Assembly: GCF_036588685.1 (NCBI RefSeq)
Contig: NC_086378.1
Location: 33,604,001 to 33,668,000 of the forward strand
DNA: 64,000 nucleotides
Origin: Mytilus trossulus
Lineage: Eukaryota
Direction: 5' to 3'
Part shown: in pieces, positions 25,708 to 40,271 of the stretch
Numbering within the stretch: position 1 is the first letter of the stretch
Layout of the letters: every line of letters begins with the position of its first letter
Made by a program: the position numbers and the translations under genes
The notes under the pieces: model-generated
The model's input: the letters and a program-made list of their open reading frames with translations, nothing else
The model's database searches: none
Told to the model about the DNA's origin: nothing

Positions 25708-27260
25708 AAGCCCAGGTCACACCTTAACGGATAGCGCGGACTTTTTAAACTGTTCATTTGCTTTAGATGTCCGTTCTTATTCGTAAGACTTTCGTTTATT
25801 TCCGTTCATGTCTGTTCAGGATCCGTTTTATCCGTCGACGTCCGTTCTGTCCGTTGAAAAATTTTGAGCATGTTCAAAACTTTGATCGGACGCCCAAAGG
25901 ATGAAGTATCCGTTTCTACCGGCAGTCGTCTGTTTCGTTTCCGTTTTGTATCCATTATTAGTCCGTAATTCATCCGTTAAAGGTCCGGTAGACAATTCAA
26001 CAACGGACTTCTACCGGACGTATTTACATAACGGATAAAACGGATGTGAAACAGATAAATGCCAATAGAAAATTTTTGGTTGGAAACAAATCATTGGTTG
26101 TCAGATTTCGTGCGTATCATGAACGCTTTTATTATTCATGATTGATCTTAGAGTAAGAGCGACGCCTTCCCAATCAATCAGCTCTTATTCAGGCCAGACC
26201 CTACCATTTGGTGGCATTTTGAAGAATATTTAAACCCAAAACCAGTTTCACGGAAACTTTCCCGAATATCTTTATTTATGCATCTGTTTTAGCCGGTACG
26301 TATTACGTAATGCAATACTCGTCCGTTGGATGTTCGTTCTACATCCAATCTGTCCGGTACGTTACCGTGTCTCGTATGTTACATATCCTGCTAGTGTGTG
26401 TCCGTTATGCATTCGTTACGCGTCCGTTTTATTTGGTCAGCACACCAACGGAATCCAAAGCGATAACAATTCTGTCAACGGAAAAAATTGTTTTCAACTG
26501 TTCGGCGTCCGTTCGGGGCTATCCGGTAAGGGATATCACAACTTAACGGATAGCGCAAACGGATATACTTTTTCAATTCGTTCATGTCCGTTAGAAGTCC
26601 ATTTATTTCCGTTTCATGTCCGTTCATCGTCTGTCATATCAGTCGACACCCGTTCTGTCCGGTGGAAAATCTTGAGCCTGTTTAAAACTTTGAACGGGCG
26701 TTCAGCAGATGAACTGTCCGTTGAACATCCGGTAGTCGTCGGTTTTTTTTTACCGTACTCGCCCGTTCCGTTTATATTTCATATTCGTTACTAAATTGTC
26801 CGTTATTCATGCGTTAGAGGTCCGCTATACTAATTCAACAACAGACTCCTACCGTACGCATAACGGATGAAACAGATGATCATGGTGAACGGATGTGAAA
26901 CGGCATTTTGAAGAATAAACCAAAACCAGTTACACAGAAACTGCTGGAATATTTTTGCATTTTACATGTCATTTTATTGTGGTCTTTTTTTTTCGCATAC
27001 TAGCATCTTGGTTATCCGTTTTATCAGCTACACTTCCGTTAGATTTTCGCTTTATGAGGAACTCTTCCGTTGGATGTACGATCGAAATCTGTTCTTTCCG
27101 GTATGTTTCCGTTTCTCGTACATTGCATATGTGTGTCTGTTATGCATTTGTTAAGCGTCCGTTTTATTTGGTTATTACACCAACGGATTCCTTACGGATA
27201 ACAATTTTGTCAACGGAAAACTTTAATGGTTGCTATCCTTTAAGGGTTGACCACAGCTTT
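25708..27260. mobile_element. Head-to-tail dimer of a CCGTT/AACGG-rich MITE-like element
   Basis: Left end aagcccaggtcacaccttaacggatagc and right end gctatcctttaagggttgaccacagctt form an imperfect TIR. Internal junction gctatccggtaagg..cacaacttaacggatagc at ~26518-26555 separates two diverged monomers (~820 and ~720 bp). Confidence 0.7.
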
Positions 27261-28982
27261 ATTTACGCGTCCTGATTTCATAACAATAGTCTTTTTTCAT
27301 ATTACCGACTTTTGACCCAGGATCATATAACTTGTCGACAGGTTACCTTCTATTTGGCAGACCGTTCTGGTACTCGGTCAGGCAAGAGCCACTAAAAGAA
27401 CTAAAATCCAAAATAAAACCGATGCAATTTTTTTTTATTTATTTTAATTTTTGATGGGGGGTTTGTCGCTATTTTCTTATGATTTCGTCATGTATAGGTA
27501 ACATTTATCGGTTAATTTCCCTCCAGATTGTACCTTTATTAAGTTTATTCTATTTCTATATGTTGTTTTTACTTGACCAGGCAGGTACCAGGATTTCCGA
27601 CCACAGATCAGGTACTGATTAAACACGCTATGAATAAAACTACAATATAACTTGTAAAATGCAAAGATGCAATAAGTCCGCCTAGACCAAAATATCAAAA
27701 AAATGTTTGACTGATCTCCTTAAACTTTGAATAAAAAGAAAAAAAGGAAAAGAATAGCTTTGTACCTTCATCTATGTGAGGATCTATATGCTTTGCTTTG
27801 TACAATACAATACTGAATAAATAGAAGAAAAATGACCCAAAACTAAAGAATTGAAAATAATGGGTTGCAAAAGTATTAAACTAAAAAAAAGTAACACAGA
27901 GCCGGTTACAGAAAGCCTGTAATTCTGTGGTTGTCGTTTGTTTATGTGTTACATACTTGTTTTCGTTCTTTTGGTTTTTTTTCATATAAATAAGCCCGTT
28001 AGTTTTCTCGTTGGAATTGTTTTACATTGTCATTTTGGGTCCTTATGTAGCTGACTATGGGGTATTGCTTTGTTCATTGCTGAAGGCCATACAGCTACCT
28101 ATAATGGGGGGGGCTGTGACATGTTGGTCTCTTGTGGAGAGTTAACTCATCGGCAATCATACCATGTCTTCATTTTTATATAACAGCTTTTAAGGTTCAC
28201 GTATTGAATTTCTTTTACAAAAAATCATTAATTGACTTAATTTCTACACATTTGCATTTGAACTTTAGCCTAAAACTATCTCTTATCTACACAAAAAAAA
28301 CAGCACCTTAGATTGGAACTTCCAGTTGGTGACTAAGCATGTTGTCTTTCGGGAGAAATGAGAAGAACATTCCTTAAACAACAACATTTCACCCCACATT
28401 GAACAGTACTTTCAGTACTTTCATTAAGTAAACAATCAATGTCAGTTTCTAATTCTTATAGAACAAAACCAATATAAAACAATGCATCTTAATTAAACAA
28501 TTATCTAATAATTACTGCCAAACAAGCACTTGGGTTTATGATTGCATTTTTTTTCAAAAGCAACTTGTATGCCGTCTTAGAGACAACAAATCAAAACAAA
28601 TTAATAATCGAGCAGTGTCATCACCATGTATGACAGGTTGGTTAAAGACGCATTTAATGAATAATAATTTAATTGTTGATGTAACTCGAAACGATCTTCT
28701 GATTGGCTGACGTTATTTTGTTACATGAGCCTATGGACATAATTTAGTCATGTGACCGTGACGTCATCAACGTTTTTTCATGCTTTTCTACGGTTTAAAA
28801 TGGAACTTAGAATTAAATTATAAGAAATGACTGTAATATTTTTTCTGTCTATTCGAAATAACATTAAAAAAATGTGGTGCACACTGTTGAATAACACGCA
28901 ACCCACGTTATTCAATGTGCACCAATTTTTTTATGTTATTTCTTCATAGACAGAAAAATATAACAGTCATTCCTTTATTAAT

Positions 28983-29213
28983 TTGTATCAAGGAGAAACA
29001 TCCAACAGTAGAAGATGCGGTTGTGCAATTACTTTAAGAATGGTAGGAGTCGATAATCAAGTGATCAATCAACACGTGGGTTGGAGTTCCAAGGGAATGA
29101 TAGACCATTATGCACATGTTGTAAAATTAATGAGCACCGAAGGTCCAGCTAGCATTTGGGATAAGAGTCGTCTTTCTTCGATAAAGTTTCACAAAACTTT
29201 GTCAGTAATTTGA
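28983..29213 (+). pseudogene. Tyrosine recombinase C-terminal fragment, copy 2
   Basis: Identical translation to 20369-20599. Confidence 0.75.
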
Positions 29214-32200
29214 AAGTTTAAATTTTGAATTTGTTTTATTAAATTTTGAAAACGTGATAATTATTTACACGCACTTTTTTCAGACGTTATGAATAACTGT
29301 ATTTCAAGAAAGGAGAAAACTTAAACATTTAATTAAGGTAAATTTGATTTGTTCATAACTATTTTATGTATACTTTATATTATAAGTATTGGATAGTGAA
29401 AACTGTATTAAATGAGTTTAGTTTGTTTCGGTATGTTTATTATTTTACACACAGTTGCACGGTTTTTGGTTTGTTGTCCTTCGTATCTAACATATGAGAG
29501 GTACCGGGGTGAACTTGTAAAATTCCGCTATTACAAGTTCATCCTTGGGTGCCTCGAATAAATAGATAACGCGGTCATCTTGTGTTCTGGTTTGTTGATT
29601 GTAACCCGAATAATTCAGTCGTTATATTCCGCTGCTCTACGAAGGCTTCGTGTGGGAGAACATCGGACACGGAAAAGGCTTGAATTATTCGAGTTATGTT
29701 GATTGGAGTTTGCAGTGAAGGTCATAAGCAATATGGAATATGACAATGACATGCCCTGTGTGTTAATTTTCATCAAGTGGGTAAAGATTGTTAGGAAACG
29801 TATGGTATAATCAGCATTATATCATGTAACTATTTCCCTTTCATAACGGTATAACGGTATACTATTAGGTATAAATGGTTGTCTATTCAAGCGGCCCGTA
29901 GCTACAGCTAATCCTTCTCGAGACAATGAATGGCTGGTTAGGTGATATTTTCTCCAAAAACAATTCTGGGATTGCTAGCGCCCTCTATTCATTAACTATG
30001 CCCCCCCCCCTTTATCTGATATGTTTCGTCTACGTATGTTCGACAAACGGTCTTCTTTCGTATAAATGGTCTAGATGACGCTTTCTGAAAGGGACATCAA
30101 ATAAACCAATTTGCAAATAAAATTACTATTTTAACGGATCTACGAAAACATGCCACTTGCTCTAAATGTATTTGCATTTTTGGATAATTTTTATGAATTA
30201 CAAATTTACGTATTTATGACAAATATGAAATTGATTTAATTCGGAATTGAGAGAATCAGTGACAACAAGTCGATCCATGGGAATCGTGTGTATGTACAAT
30301 TATACCAAACGCGTCCGTTATCATGTGTCAGTCACTCGGAATGAAACGCTACATGATAATTGTTTTAAATGATACATTAAGACATTAATTAAAACATATT
30401 GTATTTCCAATTCTGAGCCCTTGTGTGATATACATTCTTGTTATCTTATTTCAACCAACTGCCAAAACGTTTAGCTTTTCTTCAATCACTTGAATAGTAT
30501 ACCATTATTATATATATATAACATCTAAACGTTTACTTCTGCATATGCTGAATTAATCAAACTGTTTGGTTTTGATTCCCATAGATGTAACAAGTGATAC
30601 AAATTAGAGTTGTATCCCTTTGTCCAGTGAAACGTGTATCGAAATTGTTCTCCCTTATGTTTACTGTCAAACAGATCACACGATAAACAATCTAGAACGG
30701 ACAGCTTATGCTTATTTGATACCCAGTAGATCCTGGACTTCATGTTTCGGATATTTCGAATACGCAAAAGCCGAAATCATATTCTCTCGTTTTTCTAATC
30801 AACTAAGAAGAGCTGTCAATCTTTGTAAAATTATATGTTTTTTCAAAATATTTATTAAATAATATCAACGAAATTTAAGGCAAAATGTAACTACAAAAAT
30901 AAATAGACTAGTGTCTTCATAATGGTGTTCTGAAGTCCATGTGAAGTAGTCTTTACAATAACAAATAAAGGATAAGATAAAATAATACCTGTGTAATAGT
31001 ATACGAAATAAAACGATACAGAGAAATTTTGCATGAAAATAACATAGCAAAAAATACATATAGGGCTGTATGTTCGGTATTATTATAGAAATGCGACCAG
31101 AAAATATTTATTCAGTTTGTAATGTATGAGTATTGGCATGTTGTAAGAAATTATTATAAAACGCATTTTTCCTTCAATAATTCGCACACGTATTGTGTCC
31201 CGATGTATCTTGTAAAGTTTAACAAAAAAATGACATTATTAAAAATTAAATTTTGATAGATAGAGGCTCGTAATGGAACTTGAAGTCAACCAGAGAAACT
31301 CATTCAGAGAGTTTAATTTTGGATACAATTATTGACCAATAAATTATACATGTATTTGACAAACAACCCGTCTAACTTAGCTATAAGTCTTAGTGTAACG
31401 TCCAACAGCCGTGCAGACTTGGTATACGTATTTATAGCGCGAACGTCGAAGAGAGCACCTGGATTGAACTTTTTTTTCTGAATTGACCAATTACGCGTTA
31501 GTTCTCTTCTAATGTTTCTAGCAAAATGATTTTTTAGGCGGAATTTTATTTCGTCTGCTAGAAGTTCTCAAAGGATTTAGACAAATTACCCGCAAATCTC
31601 ATTCCTGAAATAGAAACTTAGCATAACGGACTTTACATAACAATTGTAAGTTTATTATTCTTATAAAATTTAAATATTTGAGTGGTAATACAGGATGCAA
31701 TAGTAATTTATCAAGAAGCACAGGGACGCAGACCATATTTTATTTATTTTGATGATGCAGCATTGTATTTATAATAGCTTGGTAGTTATATAAGAGGCAA
31801 ACTCCAAAAACCCGGATTCTACTCTCAGTGAAAATAAATGATAGTAGATTTCAGTGCACTAGTTATTTTACGTTATCAATGTTTGTTCTTTGATTTCAAA
31901 ATGTTGTTTTGAATTGTTAGAGTTGTTTATAACTTTATGACGATAGAAATCAACTGTTGACGTTATCATATTAGTGAGAGCTGCTAAGAGTTCAGTCACA
32001 AATAGTACATGCACATTAATATACCTGTTATCAATTATGCCCTGCTTATTCTCTCAACGCAGCTAGAAAATCCTTAACCCAGAAAACGCGTTAAAAGAAC
32101 ACCCAATTCTGATGCTAGAATAGGTAAAAGAAGAAACTGTAAGCAAAATGACGATGATCATCATAAACACTAAAAGGGCAATTAGCAGTTAGTTATATGT

Positions 32201-32549
32201 ATTTGCCTTCGCGATTATATACATGATTTCATGCAGCCGGTCGTAACATTTTTTTGTTCGTGATTAATTGCATTGATAAATCGAATAATATGTGGTTTGC
32301 AGAAAGAAACTGACTTTTAACCAACAACCTACATCGTTCACCTCCAAAAGCTGACGCGAGACAAACAAGACTCTCATAAGATGAATACCAGTTGTTTGTG
32401 TAATACTCTAATTTTATTAAAGTTACGCAACTCCATTTGATATTTCTTAACTTTTATTCCATACAGTATAAAATTCGCAAAATAAGTTCAAAATCAAATA
32501 CCTTTTTTGAGATTTTAGACATAATCGGAAATAATATTTTAACAGTTAT

Positions 32550-32933
32550 ATGGAGACGTTTTGGAGAAAACTTGAGGCAAGAATTTCAGAACAAACAACA
32601 CAAGATCCATATTCTGAGTGTTTAATTTGGAAGGGAAGCTTGGACAAACAGAAGATATATGGCACTGTTCATTATCGCGATCCCGTCGATTATAAATGGA
32701 AACATAGAAAGGCTCATAGAGTTGTTTTAATGCTGAGAGACAAGACTCTGCAGATTCCCCGCGATAAAGACGCTAGTCATCTCTGTCATAATTCATTATG
32801 TGTCAATGTTGACCATGTAAACCTTGAACCTAGGGGTGTCAATAATCAAAGAAAAAGTTGTGACGTTGAGGGCATATGTTTCGGCCACGGTTCATACCCA
32901 AAATGCAAGCTGAACATTTATAATTTGAATTAA
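32550..32933 (+). CDS. His-Me finger endonuclease, copy 2
   Basis: Identical protein to 23938-24321. Confidence 0.92.
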   Translation: METFWRKLEARISEQTTQDPYSECLIWKGSLDKQKIYGTVHYRDPVDYKWKHRKAHRVVLMLRDKTLQIPRDKDASHLCHNSLCVNVDHVNLEPRGVNNQRKSCDVEGICFGHGSYPKCKLNIYNLN

Positions 32934-34319
32934 CTACTATATCATAGTATGTAATTGTTTTGTACATCAAAACACTTTTGTATCGTTTTATATATTTGTT
33001 TTATTGCATGGTTGTCAACTGGTTTAAGTATTTCAACTGCATCACTGACCTGCCAACACAGAGGTTGTAATTCCGAACCCATCACGTGGTAGATGCGGTC
33101 GACTCCATTCTAAATTGACCGAAGGTTAGGTTCTCTCCAGACACTCCTGTCTCCTCAACCAAATAACAAATAACCGTGACGAATAGCCAATAGTGCTGAA
33201 AATGAAGGTTAAACACAAAACAATCAATCAAACTACCTCTTAAGTGTTTATTGTACAGTCTGATACTACCTCTATGAACAAAAATACAATTATAGAATTA
33301 AGCAAAATGTAATAAAAAAAAGTGGCTACATCGATAAATTTCTTTCGATTAAATATTTTTTTATTTTTCTATATTCAATTTTTATTATTTATGTACGTTG
33401 ATTTTGTTGAAAAAGGAATACTGCTTTCTCAAAATTTGAGTAGACAGGCATATGAACCATTCAAATTAATATAAAAAAGAAGATGTGGTATGATTGCCAA
33501 TGAGACAACTATCCACAAAAGACCAAAATGACACAAACATTAACAATTATAGTTCACCGTATGGCCTTCAACATTGAGCAAAGCCCATACCGCATATAGT
33601 CAGCTATAAAAGGCCCCGATAAGACAATGTAAAACAATTCAAGCGTGACTGACGACCTTATTTATGTAAAAAAATGAAGGTCATCACTCAAGAAATTTTA
33701 CGGTCGCCATCTTGAGCTGATTGGCCATTCTGACAAAAGTTTGTCAGAAATCCTATCTGATCTTCTTCCTCCTTCATAATAACCTTTTGTCATTACCGAA
33801 CTGAACAAAGAAATAACACAACGGGTGATGTATTCGGTGCAGGAAATGCTACCCTTCCGGAGCACCTGATTTCACTCCCGGTTTTTAGTGGAGTTGGTGT
33901 TGATTCTTATTTATTATTCATAACTGCTTATGTCAGTGTCTTTTGGTTTAGTGAGTCTTTTTTTACTCCTTTGTTTTGATTGTTATTGTCGTATAGAAAC
34001 AAATAGTTGGTGTTTTTTTATTTAGATTTTATAAAGGCGTCAAAATGCAGCTTGAGAAAGTTTTTCGAAATTCACAACATAATAAATGAAATGTAAATGA
34101 AAAATGACGTTCCTCCTGAAAACGTCGCGGTCAAAGTACTTATAGTATTGTTTTATTTGTTCGTTTTATTATCTCTTGTATTCTTCCAACTACCAAAACA
34201 AGATCACATTTGATACAATGTATAAGTGGCTCCTTTGTCATCAATTTTTTTCTCAAAATAAGGAGGATTGAAAATGTATGTATCTTGCAACTGCTCGTTT
34301 AAGCTCCGGTCACACTTTA

Positions 34320-35872
34320 AAGCCCAGGTCACACCTTAACGGATAGCGCGGACTTTTTAAACTGTTCATTTGCTTTAGATGTCCGTTCTTATTCGTAAGA
34401 CTTTCGTTTATTTCCGTTCATGTCTGTTCAGGATCCGTTTTATCCGTCGACGTCCGTTCTGTCCGTTGAAAAATTTTGAGCATGTTCAAAACTTTGATCG
34501 GACGCCCAAAGGATGAAGTATCCGTTTCTACCGGCAGTCGTCTGTTTCGTTTCCGTTTTGTATCCATTATTAGTCCGTAATTCATCCGTTAAAGGTCCGG
34601 TAGACAATTCAACAACGGACTTCTACCGGACGTATTTACATAACGGATAAAACGGATGTGAAACAGATAAATGCCAATAGAAAATTTTTGGTTGGAAACA
34701 AATCATTGGTTGTCAGATTTCGTGCGTATCATGAACGCTTTTATTATTCATGATTGATCTTAGAGTAAGAGCGACGCCTTCCCAATCAATCAGCTCTTAT
34801 TCAGGCCAGACCCTACCATTTGGTGGCATTTTGAAGAATATTTAAACCCAAAACCAGTTTCACGGAAACTTTCCCGAATATCTTTATTTATGCATCTGTT
34901 TTAGCCGGTACGTATTACGTAATGCAATACTCGTCCGTTGGATGTTCGTTCTACATCCAATCTGTCCGGTACGTTACCGTGTCTCGTATGTTACATATCC
35001 TGCTAGTGTGTGTCCGTTATGCATTCGTTACGCGTCCGTTTTATTTGGTCAGCACACCAACGGAATCCAAAGCGATAACAATTCTGTCAACGGAAAAAAT
35101 TGTTTTCAACTGTTCGGCGTCCGTTCGGGGCTATCCGGTAAGGGATATCACAACTTAACGGATAGCGCAAACGGATATACTTTTTCAATTCGTTCATGTC
35201 CGTTAGAAGTCCATTTATTTCCGTTTCATGTCCGTTCATCGTCTGTCATATCAGTCGACACCCGTTCTGTCCGGTGGAAAATCTTGAGCCTGTTTAAAAC
35301 TTTGAACGGGCGTTCAGCAGATGAACTGTCCGTTGAACATCCGGTAGTCGTCGGTTTTTTTTTACCGTACTCGCCCGTTCCGTTTATATTTCATATTCGT
35401 TACTAAATTGTCCGTTATTCATGCGTTAGAGGTCCGCTATACTAATTCAACAACAGACTCCTACCGTACGCATAACGGATGAAACAGATGATCATGGTGA
35501 ACGGATGTGAAACGGCATTTTGAAGAATAAACCAAAACCAGTTACACAGAAACTGCTGGAATATTTTTGCATTTTACATGTCATTTTATTGTGGTCTTTT
35601 TTTTTCGCATACTAGCATCTTGGTTATCCGTTTTATCAGCTACACTTCCGTTAGATTTTCGCTTTATGAGGAACTCTTCCGTTGGATGTACGATCGAAAT
35701 CTGTTCTTTCCGGTATGTTTCCGTTTCTCGTACATTGCATATGTGTGTCTGTTATGCATTTGTTAAGCGTCCGTTTTATTTGGTTATTACACCAACGGAT
35801 TCCTTACGGATAACAATTTTGTCAACGGAAAACTTTAATGGTTGCTATCCTTTAAGGGTTGACCACAGCTTT
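34320..35872. mobile_element. MITE-like dimer, next unit (partial copy also at 17949-18646)
   Basis: Same as 25708-27260 at +8612. Confidence 0.7.
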
Positions 35873-37594
35873 ATTTACGCGTCCTGATTTCATAACAATA
35901 GTCTTTTTTCATATTACCGACTTTTGACCCAGGATCATATAACTTGTCGACAGGTTACCTTCTATTTGGCAGACCGTTCTGGTACTCGGTCAGGCAAGAG
36001 CCACTAAAAGAACTAAAATCCAAAATAAAACCGATGCAATTTTTTTTTATTTATTTTAATTTTTGATGGGGGGTTTGTCGCTATTTTCTTATGATTTCGT
36101 CATGTATAGGTAACATTTATCGGTTAATTTCCCTCCAGATTGTACCTTTATTAAGTTTATTCTATTTCTATATGTTGTTTTTACTTGACCAGGCAGGTAC
36201 CAGGATTTCCGACCACAGATCAGGTACTGATTAAACACGCTATGAATAAAACTACAATATAACTTGTAAAATGCAAAGATGCAATAAGTCCGCCTAGACC
36301 AAAATATCAAAAAAATGTTTGACTGATCTCCTTAAACTTTGAATAAAAAGAAAAAAAGGAAAAGAATAGCTTTGTACCTTCATCTATGTGAGGATCTATA
36401 TGCTTTGCTTTGTACAATACAATACTGAATAAATAGAAGAAAAATGACCCAAAACTAAAGAATTGAAAATAATGGGTTGCAAAAGTATTAAACTAAAAAA
36501 AAGTAACACAGAGCCGGTTACAGAAAGCCTGTAATTCTGTGGTTGTCGTTTGTTTATGTGTTACATACTTGTTTTCGTTCTTTTGGTTTTTTTTCATATA
36601 AATAAGCCCGTTAGTTTTCTCGTTGGAATTGTTTTACATTGTCATTTTGGGTCCTTATGTAGCTGACTATGGGGTATTGCTTTGTTCATTGCTGAAGGCC
36701 ATACAGCTACCTATAATGGGGGGGGCTGTGACATGTTGGTCTCTTGTGGAGAGTTAACTCATCGGCAATCATACCATGTCTTCATTTTTATATAACAGCT
36801 TTTAAGGTTCACGTATTGAATTTCTTTTACAAAAAATCATTAATTGACTTAATTTCTACACATTTGCATTTGAACTTTAGCCTAAAACTATCTCTTATCT
36901 ACACAAAAAAAACAGCACCTTAGATTGGAACTTCCAGTTGGTGACTAAGCATGTTGTCTTTCGGGAGAAATGAGAAGAACATTCCTTAAACAACAACATT
37001 TCACCCCACATTGAACAGTACTTTCAGTACTTTCATTAAGTAAACAATCAATGTCAGTTTCTAATTCTTATAGAACAAAACCAATATAAAACAATGCATC
37101 TTAATTAAACAATTATCTAATAATTACTGCCAAACAAGCACTTGGGTTTATGATTGCATTTTTTTTCAAAAGCAACTTGTATGCCGTCTTAGAGACAACA
37201 AATCAAAACAAATTAATAATCGAGCAGTGTCATCACCATGTATGACAGGTTGGTTAAAGACGCATTTAATGAATAATAATTTAATTGTTGATGTAACTCG
37301 AAACGATCTTCTGATTGGCTGACGTTATTTTGTTACATGAGCCTATGGACATAATTTAGTCATGTGACCGTGACGTCATCAACGTTTTTTCATGCTTTTC
37401 TACGGTTTAAAATGGAACTTAGAATTAAATTATAAGAAATGACTGTAATATTTTTTCTGTCTATTCGAAATAACATTAAAAAAATGTGGTGCACACTGTT
37501 GAATAACACGCAACCCACGTTATTCAATGTGCACCAATTTTTTTATGTTATTTCTTCATAGACAGAAAAATATAACAGTCATTCCTTTATTAAT

Positions 37595-37825
37595 TTGTAT
37601 CAAGGAGAAACATCCAACAGTAGAAGATGCGGTTGTGCAATTACTTTAAGAATGGTAGGAGTCGATAATCAAGTGATCAATCAACACGTGGGTTGGAGTT
37701 CCAAGGGAATGATAGACCATTATGCACATGTTGTAAAATTAATGAGCACCGAAGGTCCAGCTAGCATTTGGGATAAGAGTCGTCTTTCTTCGATAAAGTT
37801 TCACAAAACTTTGTCAGTAATTTGA
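37595..37825 (+). pseudogene. Tyrosine recombinase C-terminal fragment, copy 3
   Basis: Identical translation to 20369-20599. Confidence 0.75.
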
Positions 37826-40171
37826 AAGTTTAAATTTTGAATTTGTTTTATTAAATTTTGAAAACGTGATAATTATTTACACGCACTTTTTTCAGACGTT
37901 ATGAATAACTGTATTTCAAGAAAGGAGAAAACTTAAACATTTAATTAAGGTAAATTTGATTTGTTCATAACTATTTTATGTATACTTTATATTATAAGTA
38001 TTGGATAGTGAAAACTGTATTAAATGAGTTTAGTTTGTTTCGGTATGTTTATTATTTTACACACAGTTGCACGGTTTTTGGTTTGTTGTCCTTCGTATCT
38101 AACATATGAGAGGTACCGGGGTGAACTTGTAAAATTCCGCTATTACAAGTTCATCCTTGGGTGCCTCGAATAAATAGATAACGCGGTCATCTTGTGTTCT
38201 GGTTTGTTGATTGTAACCCGAATAATTCAGTCGTTATATTCCGCTGCTCTACGAAGGCTTCGTGTGGGAGAACATCGGACACGGAAAAGGCTTGAATTAT
38301 TCGAGTTATGTTGATTGGAGTTTGCAGTGAAGGTCATAAGCAATATGGAATATGACAATGACATGCCCTGTGTGTTAATTTTCATCAAGTGGGTAAAGAT
38401 TGTTAGGAAACGTATGGTATAATCAGCATTATATCATGTAACTATTTCCCTTTCATAACGGTATAACGGTATACTATTAGGTATAAATGGTTGTCTATTC
38501 AAGCGGCCCGTAGCTACAGCTAATCCTTCTCGAGACAATGAATGGCTGGTTAGGTGATATTTTCTCCAAAAACAATTCTGGGATTGCTAGCGCCCTCTAT
38601 TCATTAACTATGCCCCCCCCCCTTTATCTGATATGTTTCGTCTACGTATGTTCGACAAACGGTCTTCTTTCGTATAAATGGTCTAGATGACGCTTTCTGA
38701 AAGGGACATCAAATAAACCAATTTGCAAATAAAATTACTATTTTAACGGATCTACGAAAACATGCCACTTGCTCTAAATGTATTTGCATTTTTGGATAAT
38801 TTTTATGAATTACAAATTTACGTATTTATGACAAATATGAAATTGATTTAATTCGGAATTGAGAGAATCAGTGACAACAAGTCGATCCATGGGAATCGTG
38901 TGTATGTACAATTATACCAAACGCGTCCGTTATCATGTGTCAGTCACTCGGAATGAAACGCTACATGATAATTGTTTTAAATGATACATTAAGACATTAA
39001 TTAAAACATATTGTATTTCCAATTCTGAGCCCTTGTGTGATATACATTCTTGTTATCTTATTTCAACCAACTGCCAAAACGTTTAGCTTTTCTTCAATCA
39101 CTTGAATAGTATACCATTATTATATATATATAACATCTAAACGTTTACTTCTGCATATGCTGAATTAATCAAACTGTTTGGTTTTGATTCCCATAGATGT
39201 AACAAGTGATACAAATTAGAGTTGTATCCCTTTGTCCAGTGAAACGTGTATCGAAATTGTTCTCCCTTATGTTTACTGTCAAACAGATCACACGATAAAC
39301 AATCTAGAACGGACAGCTTATGCTTATTTGATACCCAGTAGATCCTGGACTTCATGTTTCGGATATTTCGAATACGCAAAAGCCGAAATCATATTCTCTC
39401 GTTTTTCTAATCAACTAAGAAGAGCTGTCAATCTTTGTAAAATTATATGTTTTTTCAAAATATTTATTAAATAATATCAACGAAATTTAAGGCAAAATGT
39501 AACTACAAAAATAAATAGACTAGTGTCTTCATAATGGTGTTCTGAAGTCCATGTGAAGTAGTCTTTACAATAACAAATAAAGGATAAGATAAAATAATAC
39601 CTGTGTAATAGTATACGAAATAAAACGATACAGAGAAATTTTGCATGAAAATAACATAGCAAAAAATACATATAGGGCTGTATGTTCGGTATTATTATAG
39701 AAATGCGACCAGAAAATATTTATTCAGTTTGTAATGTATGAGTATTGGCATGTTGTAAGAAATTATTATAAAACGCATTTTTCCTTCAATAATTCGCACA
39801 CGTATTGTGTCCCGATGTATCTTGTAAAGTTTAACAAAAAAATGACATTATTAAAAATTAAATTTTGATAGATAGAGGCTCGTAATGGAACTTGAAGTCA
39901 ACCAGAGAAACTCATTCAGAGAGTTTAATTTTGGATACAATTATTGACCAATAAATTATACATGTATTTGACAAACAACCCGTCTAACTTAGCTATAAGT
40001 CTTAGTGTAACGTCCAACAGCCGTGCAGACTTGGTATACGTATTTATAGCGCGAACGTCGAAGAGAGCACCTGGATTGAACTTTTTTTTCTGAATTGACC
40101 AATTACGCGTTAGTTCTCTTCTAATGTTTCTAGCAAAATGATTTTTTAGGCGGAATTTTATTTCGTCTGCT

Positions 40172-40271
40172 NNNNNNNNNNNNNNNNNNNNNNNNNNNNN
40201 NNNNNNNNNNNNNNNNNNNNNNNNNNNNNNNNNNNNNNNNNNNNNNNNNNNNNNNNNNNNNNNNNNNNNNN
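40172..40271. other. Assembly gap (100 N)
   Basis: Run of 100 N. Confidence 1.

Larger units (their letters stand above)
17949..40171. repeat. ~8.6-kb tandem array, ~2.6 near-identical units (17949-26562, 26563-35174, 35175-40171 partial)
   Basis: All ORF-track entries recur at +8614/+8612. The only difference noticed is the poly-C length near 21387 vs 30001. Confidence 0.98.

Noticed and set aside
26310-27275. 154-, 106- and 78-aa ORFs in the CCGTT-rich region
   Set aside because: Lie in a non-coding MITE-like repeat, with low-complexity S/V/R/F composition and no motifs.
17949-40171. Complete KolobokP, Polinton or DIRS element as the identity of the 8.6-kb unit
   Set aside because: No DDE transposase, pPolB, capsid or RT/RNaseH ORF, and no several-hundred-bp terminal direct repeats around the nuclease were seen.
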